A DNA stretch of 62,507 nucleotides, the filler included. It is 10 parts of 10 records of this genome, joined end to end, with 100 filler letters (N's around TTAATTAATTAA, not from the genome) between each part and the next. Parts side by side here need not be neighbours in the genome. Positions count along the whole stretch, not along the records: positions 19,580 to 24,875 come from SRR31147125_152567; positions 24,976 to 30,210 come from SRR31147125_152587; positions 30,311 to 38,942 come from SRR31147125_152824; 7 more parts are not named here. One strand, written 5' to 3'. Positions 22,501 to 32,249 of the stretch are shown piece after piece (position 1 is the first letter of the stretch; each line of letters begins with the position of its first letter). A program made the translations under genes and the position numbers. Below the pieces are notes generated by a model. It was not told the DNA's origin. It saw nothing but the letters and a program-made list of their open reading frames with translations, and did no database searches.

Positions 22501-24875
22501 CAGACACACACACATATACACACACACGTACAGGCAGCAACAGAGGAAGTGCTGTCTTGTAGAATTGATTGACGAGAACACGACCTGCTTGCATAGCAAC
22601 GTCGCGCACAGACTCGGCTTCGTCCGCAAGGCCATGCAGAATCACGCGTAGGGCCCCAGGAATGTAGGTCTGGTTTCCTATGAATCAGCCGACGAATGAA
22701 GGGTATTGCGTTCTCGTGCATACCTTGTACTCCTCCCCCAGCACGGCGGGAAGATAGACAAAGAACACAACATGACCTTCACGGACATGAGGACGTGCGT
22801 CGGAGCCATTCTCCATGAGGTCAGGCAGGATTTGTTCCAATCGATCCTTTCCCAAGCCCACCAACACCTCGGCCAAGCCCTTATTGCGTGAATCAGAACA
22901 GAATACACCAAGGAATCATCACACCCCATACCTGGGCTGCTCCCGATCTTTCCACAGCGCTAGATTCCCCTTGAAGCGTCTCACGAAGCCAGGGAATCAA
23001 ATCAGCAAAGTTCTCCTCTCCCATTCCCTTGACAAACGAGCCAAGCGCTACACACACGTGGTCACAAATAAGGCAACCAACACGCACAGGGCACCCTTAC
23101 CCTTTGCAGCAACTCCGCGGACATCAGGAATAGGATCAACAAGGACAGTCTTGATTTCGGGCAAGAGGAGCGGAATATAGGGATGGAGATCACGTTGATC
23201 ATTGATAAGGGAGCACATGTTGCCCACAATCCGTGATGCCTTCTTCTTCACTTGTGTGCTCCGCTCTCGAAGCCCACGATGCACGATAGGCACGATCAGT
23301 GCCAGCGATGGCGAGTCAATTCCTGATCCAGGACCACGTTGTCAAAGAGAGTACTCACACAACACCTCTCACCATGTACGAAAACCGTGTCTGTAAGCGC
23401 GTCTAATGCCCGTCGTGTGTTTTCGTTGGGGTTCGCCAGGGCCTGAAGCAAGTCTGGTACAAGGGCCTTGACCTCTGGATTGCGAATCACCGATCCGATG
23501 CTTTCCAGTGCAGCTTGTCCCGCTTCAATCACCTTGTTGCCCCTTGTTAATGGGGTTCCATGTCCCCTTTCCACCGTATCGCGCACCTTGGGGTGTGTGT
23601 CGGTGAGAACCTCCATCAAGCGTGGAACAATTTGCGGAAGGCATTGTCCCAACTGACGTGGTGCGCAGAAGGACATGGCCCCCAACAACTCAATGCTGCC
23701 GTGTTTGGTGCGCCAGGCCTTATCATCCAGCCCTTTCAATAATGCGGGAAGGACCATCTTCACCCCCTGTCCCCACCCCAAGAGGTTAGCATTCTTCACT
23801 TGGATGAACGATTCATCGCCACACCTGCCCCGTCAGTTGACCCATAATAGCACGCGCAGCCATTTCCGCGGCATCACGGACTGCAACGGCCGGATCCCCG
23901 AAGCTAGTGAGGAGCAAGGGCAAGACGTGAATCACATAGGGTTCAAAGGGTCGTCCGAGTTTGCGGCTGAGCATTTCCATGGCAAACAATGCTCCCTGTC
24001 GTGTGCTTGGACGTGTTTTGTCTTCCATAGCCTCTTGGAGAGCCTTCATGATCTCGAATTGCTTCAAGGAAGCGATACCAAGACCTTTCACTATACCCGC
24101 CAGACCAAACGACGCGCCACGACGACCTGTGACGGTTTCGGAACCCAACAAACGTTCTAAAAGCACAGAGATGAAACGATGTGCCTCGTCCTACGTTTTC
24201 CCATGGCATTCAGATGAACAGACAACACACTCGATACAACGAACCTTAACAGCCGGAATCAAGTCAGGGAGACACTGCGTCACGGCATTGTTCACATTAT
24301 CCGTGCCATTCTTCAACGCATCAATGAGCTTCTCTACTACCAATAGTACCTTGCGAGAGAGGGAGAAGAAGAATATCAGAAAAGAGGCGAAAGGGAGTGG
24401 TGTTGTGGGGCACCTTGGGGTTATCGGCTTCCAAGTGCCGTGCAAGGCCTCCTAAAAACAGAACAACACCTTCTCGAACACGTTCATCGGAGGATCTTTC
24501 GAGTGAGGACTCAAAGATGGGCATTAGCAATCCCACACTCTCGGTACTAGTTGCTTGGAGAGTGTCGAGTCCGGCCTGCAAGGCATCGTTCTCGTTCACG
24601 GGTTGTTCCCACAAACAGAACAAATCAATCGGCCACACCTGAATCATTTCTTCACGGACCACATCGTTGCCATCTCCAAGGGCACGGGAGATGAGAAATG
24701 TGAAGATGATGGGAAGTTGAATCTTGGTCACTGTCCTACCGCATGCGTGCAAACAGAGCGCTACACCGTGACGAGACTCCCAGGGATCAATCAGAGGTGG
24801 CTCGAAGTTTGCTCTGCGAAACATGAGCTTGGGACGATGGTGAGCAGGATCGTGTGTGTGTGTGTGTGTGTGTGT
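19580..24875 (-). CDS. GCN1: Eukaryotic GCN1 (eIF2-alpha kinase activator, HEAT repeats), internal fragment with about 23 spliceosomal introns
   Basis: Removing short GT..AG introns gives a continuous GCN1-like protein: FEPYVIHVLP, WRTK.GSIELLGAM, LVDPIPDVR, VERSGAAQGLAEV, FDENWRIR.SSVQLLGDLLF, GPLIRIVG, KPFLPQLQ. Example introns: 24576-24638 (63 nt) and 23533-23586 (54 nt). One homopolymer indel at ~20282. Confidence 0.9.
22240..22263 (+). repeat. (AACC)6 microsatellite at the 5' end of a GCN1 intron
   Basis: Read directly from the sequence. Confidence 0.85.
24852..24875 (+). repeat. (GT)12 microsatellite at the contig end
   Basis: Read directly; other CA-rich tracts occur at ~21908-21932 and ~22504-22527, inside introns. 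Confidence 0.9.
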
Positions 24876-24975
24876 NNNNNNNNNNNNNNNNNNNNNNNNN
24901 NNNNNNNNNNNNNNNNNNNTTAATTAATTAANNNNNNNNNNNNNNNNNNNNNNNNNNNNNNNNNNNNNNNNNNNN
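24876..24975. other. Artificial contig spacer
   Basis: N run with TTAATTAATTAA. Confidence 0.98.
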
Positions 24976-25521
24976 TTTTTTGAACATGGCCGATAAGGTG
25001 CTTTTGCCCGCACCTGATTGTCCAAGGGCAATAATGCCTTTTCCGTTTATATCGAATCCATTTGAATGAAAGATTAAACCTTTCCTGTCGCATAGAAGCT
25101 TTGCAAATAACATCTGGTCCGTTTGAAATAAGGTCAGTGCTTTAAATTGTCCCATTGCATACGCTTCTTTGTTTATATCTGTTGTGTAGATATTTATCCG
25201 TGTATGGTTGTGGTTGAATACACCAACAAGGGAATAATCCGGATCCTCAGGAAAAACAGGATGAAAAAAGTATACCCATTCATGATGGGTTCTGACTACT
25301 TTCCACTGGTCCTTTTGATATACTGGATCGCCGGTTATATTACCTGTTTTGTAAGGGTCCGGTAGGGAAAATCGGTGATTGATGATTACCTCACTCTTCC
25401 CGGTATCGTCAGCCTCAAACAACTTGAATTTGGGATGAAAGGTATGGTCAGTAATGGGAAATTCCGAATTGATCCGGAACGTGATATCCCCGGCTTGATA
25501 ATGTCTGAGGTGAGGTTTCAT
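24976..25521 (-). CDS. HPr-kinase-like P-loop protein, N-terminal part
   Basis: LIFHSNG....G....GQSGAGKST: His followed by Walker A, spaced as in HprK-related kinases. Confidence 0.65.
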
Positions 25522-26012
25522 TGTCTGCTATAAAATATGTTCAAAAGGCGGCATGCAAGTGTCAGAAGCCGGCAGCGGCTAAGGAAAACCATACCTGTTT
25601 TATTTTCGTTCAAGGATAAGAAACCCTTCTGGAAATATCGGCACGAACCCCAGGACCCTTGTCCGGGGATGATTTTTGTAACCACGCCATGAATTTTCTT
25701 TTTTTCAACATATCCGTCCCAGCGGAAAAGATTGTCTCCTTTAAAAAGGTATCTATGACCTGTTTTCAGAATCCGGTGAATCGTAATTCCGTCCCTGTCA
25801 TGGCGCCTAAAAGCGGCAATATCCCCTTTTCTTAAACCTGCTCCCAGGGAAATGGGTTCAATGATCAGAATATCCCCTTCCCAGATCAACGGAAACATGC
25901 TCCATCCTTTTGCAGTGAATTTGAACTTAACATTTTTTCCATTGGCAGACGTAAGAAATTCTGCGATTTCATAACTGGTCAGCACACGACGTTGTATATT
26001 TGAATGGGACAT
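25518..26012 (-). CDS. S24/S26 family peptidase
   Basis: GWSMFPLI.EGD (catalytic Ser), IHRI, KGDN motifs; no N-terminal TM anchor. Confidence 0.8.
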   Translation of the reverse strand: MSHSNIQRRVLTSYEIAEFLTSANGKNVKFKFTAKGWSMFPLIWEGDILIIEPISLGAGLRKGDIAAFRRHDRDGITIHRILKTGHRYLFKGDNLFRWDGYVEKKKIHGVVTKIIPGQGSWGSCRYFQKGFLSLNENKTGMVFLSRCRLLTLACRLLNIFYSRQ

Positions 26013-26014
26013 TT

Positions 26015-27451
26015 TTACCTGCCGGATCCTGTCAGAATTGCCCTGGCAGTCAATACCAGAATTTTAAGGTCATTGAATAATGACCAGGTGTCAATGTACT
26101 TTAAGTCTAGCCATCCATTCTTCAAATTTTAATTCATTCCGCCTTGGAGAAATCTGCCACAAACAGGTCATCCCGGGTTTCATGGACAGGCGCCGGCGGT
26201 GCCAGATGGAATACTCATCAACCTCCTTGGGGATAGGGGGCGTGGTCCCACAAGGCTCATTTCTCCTTTGATAACGTTGATCAGCTGGGGGAGTTCGTCA
26301 AGGCTCGTTTTCCGTAAGAATGTACCAATCCAGGGGATGATCCTGGGGTCCGCTTTAATTTTAAAGGCCGGGCCGTCTGCCTCGTTGAGGGACATTAGAT
26401 TCTTCTGAAGCTCCTGGGCATTGTCAACCATGGTTCTGAATTTATAGCACATAAACCGCCGTCCATTGAGGCCTAACCGCTCCTGAGGAAAGAGTACGGG
26501 GCCTTTAGAGCTCCATTTGATGACAGCCCCGATGGCAATCAAAAGGGGAAAAACAGAATCAGCAGAAAAATGCCTCCCAGATAATCCATAAGGCTTTTGA
26601 TTAAAAGCTTGCCTTCATTTAGAGGGGTTGTTTGAAGTGCCATGGTCTTGATACCCATAAAATCCTCAAATCGTATTGTGGCGATTCCTGGCTGGAACAT
26701 GAGATGGTGAAGCTGCCAGTCCGGCATGATCCTGACTGTCACTCCCAGGTTCTCTGCCAGATAAAGATAGTAATCCGGCTGTTTGATTTTTTTTAAGGGG
26801 ATGGCAAAGATCAATTCATCCACAATCTGGTTTTTCAGGTAATCTTCCAGGTCCTGAATAGAGCCGATGACCCGGCAGTCATTCAGGACAGGGGTTCCCA
26901 CCTGCTCCTTTTCAATGTCGAAGCAGCCCTTTATGATATATCCAGAGTCTTTGTATTTTTCCAGGGACCGGATTACATCCCTTGCCCTTTCCCGGCTTCC
27001 GACAATTATAATGTTTTTGGTATTGTAGCCCTTGGAACGGATCCGTCTTAGGATTATAAAAACGACAACCTTGGAAAGAAATAGGAGAAAAATGTTCAGG
27101 ACAAGAAAAATACCGAGCAAAAGCCGGCTGATATTTTGAATATGGAGGGCGTAAAGACAGAGACTGAGGATGATCATACCCGCCATGGAGGACTTTACGA
27201 TGGTTGAAAAGAAATCCCACAAGGAGGATTGCCTGTAGGAAATATACAATCCTCCCCATTTGTAGCAGACATACCAAATAATGATGATCATCAAAAGAAT
27301 GATGTAATAGTTGGGGGCTGTTGTGAGTCCCCGCAATGAGGGGGAGCAGGTAAAGCTTAATATAGTAGGCTGCGATAAATGAAATAACGGTGATGAAGAT
27401 GTCCAGGGTTTTTTGGATATCGCTGATCAATGTCCCATATTCTCTAAGCAT
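26015..27451 (-). CDS. Exopolysaccharide priming glycosylphosphotransferase (sugar transferase); several apparent frameshifts
   Basis: TM N-terminus, IIIVGS, VDELIF, YKFRTM, RKTSLDELPQL.NV.KGEMSLVGPRP, KPGMTCLWQ, LDLKYID in successive frames. Confidence 0.88.
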
Positions 27452-28633
27452 TTTGCCTCTTTGAATGAAAATAGGTCAAAACAAGTCGAAATGGCCTTAA
27501 GCAGTACATCAACCAATGGAATCCTGAAGGCAGGTGAAAGGCTTTGAATTCCTTGTCAGTTGGTCCAAAAACAAGGCGGGTCAGATACCTGATTCTGTCT
27601 GCCATCCTGTCCCTGGTTCTAAGGTGGTAAAGCGAAAATCGTTGTTCAATGGCATATTCTTCTGTACCTGTTTTCGATGTAAGGATGCGGTTCACCGACT
27701 CCCTGGCAAGCTCCTGCAACGACGGATTGTTCCGGGAAACTTTTATAAAGTGGTCCGGCAGTTTGGCATCAAAGAGGAGCCATGATAAATAAAGACCAAG
27801 GGTAAGCATTCTTTTGCACCGATAATTTGACGCCAGCTTTGTTATTAATACCCAGTCCAGTGTCTTTTGGTTCACTATAGAGGCAATTGAATAAACCTGT
27901 TCAAGATGCTCCCAACCATGGCGTGTCCCGTGAATGCAGGCATGGATCAAATGATCCTCGTTTGAAAGACAGGGTAATTCCTTTTTATGGAAGCCAATAT
28001 GGCAGAGCCGGTGTTTGATATCTTCCAGAAAAGAGGTGTTGACAGATACATTCCGGAAAGTTCCCAATGCAACTCGATGCAGACCTGGTTTTTGCTCCAG
28101 AAAACAAGGTGGTCCTCCCATTCCCGGAAGCATTTCAGCTGGCGGCCGTTAAGGGGAAGATCTGGAATACACCCTTGTTGTTCAAGGAGCCTGACTGCCG
28201 GTAAAAGATCCTTTTTTGAAATGAGGATGTCCAAATCCGAATAGGGCCGTGCCCCACTATTTTGATAGACTTGCCTGGCCGTGACCGGTCCTTTGAAGGG
28301 AAGGACAAAAATGCCGTTTCCCTTAAAGTCCTCCAGGAGATTTAATAAAAAATATTCCAGATAGAAGTTTCTTGCATGGACTTTTACATAGGCCGTTTTA
28401 AACCGTTCGAATATCCCATCCGGAATCCGTCCGCTTGCAGACCGTTTCATGGCAAGGTAGATCAAGGCAAAGACCCTTTGCTCTATAGCAAGGGTAAAGA
28501 CCCTTTCCCAGTTTAGATCCCGAAGGTTCAGTCCATCCAAAACCATGTCTATATTATTTCCGGTTTTTGTACCCAGTAAAGCCAGTAGACATTTTATTTC
28601 CTTTATGTCAGCTGGGGGCAGTCCTTTTTTCAT
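27444..28633 (-). CDS. Uncharacterised nucleotidyltransferase family protein (NTP_transf_5-like); apparent frameshift at ~28030
   Basis: FKGP, RPYSDLDIL, IELHW, then HACIHG..HGW..L in the next frame. Confidence 0.8.
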
Positions 28634-28660
28634 GGATTCGGCTGGTTACGCTTTAATGGT

Positions 28661-29416
28661 TTAAAGGAGCCGGTGTACATCTTTTTTTACAAGGGCTTTA
28701 AGCACCAACCAGATAAAGACCGGATTGGTCTTGGCATACCGCTTCCACATTCTGCGGGGCTCCTGGATCACCCGGTAGAGCCATTCCAGTCCGCACTGCT
28801 GCATCCAATCCGGAGCCCTCCGGGTTTTGCCTGCAATAATGTCAAAACTGCCGCCCACTCCCATGCAGAATGGAACCTGCATTTGGGACATCCAGGTATT
28901 TAGAAAGTGTTCTTTCATGGGAGATGAGAATCCAACAAAGAGCATGTCCGCTTGACTTTTTCTTATGATTTCGGCGATATCCCCTTCTTCGCCCGGATTA
29001 AAGTATCCGTTTCTGAAGCCTGCTACTTCAAGGCTTGGGTATTGTTTTTGGTAAACCGTCACCACCTTTTCCACCACCCAGGGTTTTGCTCCGGAAAAAA
29101 AGGGTCTGTATCCTCTATGACTGCAAAGTGCTATAAGGTTCTGAAAAAGGTCCACTCCGGCAACCCTACAAGGTAAAGGCTCCCCCAGTAGTTTTGATGC
29201 CCAAACAAGGGGCATACCGTCTGCATTGATGATGTTGCAATCGGAGATGATTTTTTGTAAGGCGTCATTTTTTTGCATGGCCATAAATTTAGATACATTA
29301 ACCACAACATGCTGGCATAATTCTTTATTTTTGATATATGTTTCAGCCAAGGAAATGGTTTCCTTCATCGTGAGGGGGTCCACTGGGCAGCCCATCAGAT
29401 TTTGCCTTTTTTTCAT
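28661..29416 (-). CDS. WecB/TagA/CpsF family glycosyltransferase
   Basis: NADGM, RVAGVDL, GVGGSFD, RAP.WMQ..GLEW.YR..QEPRRMWKRY. Confidence 0.93.
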   Translation of the reverse strand: MKKRQNLMGCPVDPLTMKETISLAETYIKNKELCQHVVVNVSKFMAMQKNDALQKIISDCNIINADGMPLVWASKLLGEPLPCRVAGVDLFQNLIALCSHRGYRPFFSGAKPWVVEKVVTVYQKQYPSLEVAGFRNGYFNPGEEGDIAEIIRKSQADMLFVGFSSPMKEHFLNTWMSQMQVPFCMGVGGSFDIIAGKTRRAPDWMQQCGLEWLYRVIQEPRRMWKRYAKTNPVFIWLVLKALVKKDVHRLL

Positions 29417-30210
29417 TCGCCCCCCTGTTTGAAGAGTCTAATCGAGATAAAAGAAGAGACAAAGCAAAGAACATCCAAGCCTGTCCCCACCTAATATAGG
29501 GTATTTTATTGGTAAATAGCTTCGTTTTCTGATGGTAGAAAAACCCTTCCTTGCTTTGCATGTTTTGAATTGACCAACGGGCAATTTTTATTGCAAGATC
29601 CATGTGTTTATCGTCATATGCTTTAAGCTTCAGTGCGGTGACGATACCTTGGGCCGAGCAGTGGATGTCAATGGGATACAATGCATTGTTGTAGTATTTG
29701 GGGCAGCCGTCGTCCAACCAGAAGGTTTTGATATAATACTGGTATGCACGTTTTAAGTCATTTTCCCAATGCTTTTCTTCTGTATATTCCATCCACTTAG
29801 CCAGGGAAACGAGGTTAAATCCCGTATGGAAATTATCCACAAATCTGTGATGGGATCGCTCCCCGTATGGCCATGAACCGTCCGGGGATAGTGCAGATAC
29901 CGAATATGCCATGGCTTTACGGGATTTTTCAAGGAATAAGGAGTTTCCAGTATAAGAATAAAGCCGGGCCAGCAGGGCTGCTCCCAGCATGCTGGCATTG
30001 TGTACTCTGGCCTTTTCTTTCGGAATATATCCAAAACAAAGTGTGTTGTGGTCTTCAAAAAGTATCAAGTGGTTTATTATAAAATCGCAGACTTGCCTGC
30101 CGATGTCCAGTGCAGTTTGATCCCGAGTACGATCAAAGTAATCGAGAAATGCATTGGCGACAAATACAGAGGATACCATATTGGGTTTGCCATCAGGAAC
30201 AAAGAATGCT
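29343..30210 (-). CDS. Polysaccharide-locus protein, probable (alpha/alpha) toroid fold, C-terminal part
   Basis: VHNASMLGA, WPYG, DNFHTGF, YPIDIH, YIRWGQAWM; the true stop is probably an ATGA overlap at ~29413-29416. Confidence 0.65.
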
Positions 30211-30310
30211 NNNNNNNNNNNNNNNNNNNNNNNNNNNNNNNNNNNNNNNNNNNNTTAATTAATTAANNNNNNNNNNNNNNNNNNNNNNNNNNNNNNNNNN
30301 NNNNNNNNNN
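30211..30310. other. Artificial contig spacer
   Basis: N run with TTAATTAATTAA. Confidence 0.98.
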
Positions 30311-31889
30311 GGGGGCGCCTGGGTTTTTGACGAGCCAGTATGAGGCCCGGATGTCGGTGCGTTTTTTTCACGATACGAAGGGCGATGCAGGACAGAAGTA
30401 TATGCAGGCGCTCACACGGGTCGTCCAGCTGCATGGGAGCGATTTTCTCGATCGATTTTAACCGGTAGGTCAGTGTGCTGCGGTGAATAAAGAGCTTTTC
30501 GGAGGCCGTCATCAGGCTTTTATTGTTCATCAGATACGTTTCCAGCGTCAGCAGAAAATCCGTTCCGTTGGCCGCGTCGTATTCCTGCACGCGTATGGCT
30601 GCGTGATGGCACGTATGACACACGGGAAAGCACGAGCTGAGCTCATTAATGAGGTGTGTTTCCATAACATCGCGATAATACATAATTCGCCGGCCCTTCG
30701 TGGAGATACGAAGCGGCAGCGTTGCCAGATCAAACTGCATTTTCATTTGGGTGAAATCGCAGAACCGGAGCCCGACGCTGCATAGGGCGTTGTCCATGGA
30801 AAGCTGCTTTTTCAGTGCCGGCAGACACTGATCCAGCATTTCGCATGCGCCGTCATGAAGCAGGATCAGGATGAAGTCTTCATAGCGCAGCGCCACGCAA
30901 TCGGAGTAAGCGCCGGCAAAAACGTTTTCGTAATTGTACAGATAATGGCTGACGTTGCGGTCCTCCGGCGGAAGCATGACGAGCAGGATTTGATAATCAT
31001 CATTGGCGTTCCAGCCGAGACGGGCGAGGTTTGTATGTAAAAAGGTCGAATCCATTGTGGCGTATCGCAGCGCCGTGGCTACGCTCGTCCGGAAATAATT
31101 GCGCGTGCTTAAAAAAGTGTTGTACCGTTCCATGATGATTGGATGCATCAGGTCGGCAATGTAGTCCGCCAGCCACTGATGATGTTCCGTCAGAGGCTTT
31201 TTAACCTCGCAGAATATGAGCGTTGCCACGCGCATATCTCCATAATCGAACGCGATGTTTAAATGACGCGGCACGCCGCCGCCGACATCCAGAAACGTTG
31301 AGCGCGGGTAATTTTTCGGGTTGTTTGGCAGCATACGAACCTTTTCACGCGGCACCATAGGTACGATGCTCCGCTTGGCTGCCAGCGTTTCCTGCCAGAC
31401 AACGTCGTCCTCCGACGGCTGGAAGTTGTCGCTGTAGCCGATCAGCGCAAAATCAGAGGCGTACAACGACACATGACATTCCAAAAACATCGCGCACGCA
31501 TTCAGGACGGAACGAATCGGCTCGTTGGCTAAAAGGGCGCCGAGCAGCTTGCGTTCCAGACTGTCGTATTTTGTGAAGGTTTCCTGAATGTCGCGCAAAA
31601 TGGCTAAGATGTCGCTGTTGCCGGCCAGAACAAGACCGGTCAGGGCTTCGCGTGTTAAGACAGCGCACGCATCGTCTCCGCCGCCAATACAGATCAAATA
31701 TTTTGGGTACCCGTCGGCATCCCGGAGCTGTTCCCAGGACGCGATGTAGACAATCCCGGGCGTGTCGCTGCTGAGCCCTGATATAAACGGATAAATACTC
31801 GTCAGCTCCATCGGACCGTCGGGATTGCCGCAGATATGCTCTATGGGCAAAGACAGATCGTCCATGATCATTCGAAGGTTCAGTTTCAC
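30311..31889 (-). CDS. PucR/CdaR family transcriptional regulator
   Basis: C-terminal HTH TLETYL....SEKLFIHRSTLTYRL; GGAGG RBS before GTG. Confidence 0.9.
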
Positions 31890-32249
31890 AGTCGTTACCT
31901 CCCCGGAAATTCAGTTGCTCTGACAGTATTCAGCAATAATAAACGAGCACTTATAACAGAAACTATGCAATAACATTAATACAACAGGGTTGCTCCTACT
32001 GTCAATATAGTAATAATAGCTAAACTTGATGTTCCCAGCATGTACATGCGCAAGGGCGCGCATGGTAAAATTTGATGCATGAGTCTCAAGGGTGCCGGTA
32101 GCACGGAGTACCAATCGACAGTTTGAGAAGGCTTATTCCATAATATTCTATAAGCCGCATTGCAATCGACAACAAGGCCCCATTTTCGCGCCGTTGATAC
32201 TGCAAAATAGAGTAGTGTGCATGCTTTGTGAGCAAACGGAGGTCTTTTT

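Noticed and set aside
19580-24875. Eukaryote-to-bacterium horizontal transfer of GCN1
   Set aside because: The fragment keeps its spliceosomal introns and is bounded by artificial spacers, with no bacterial flanks.
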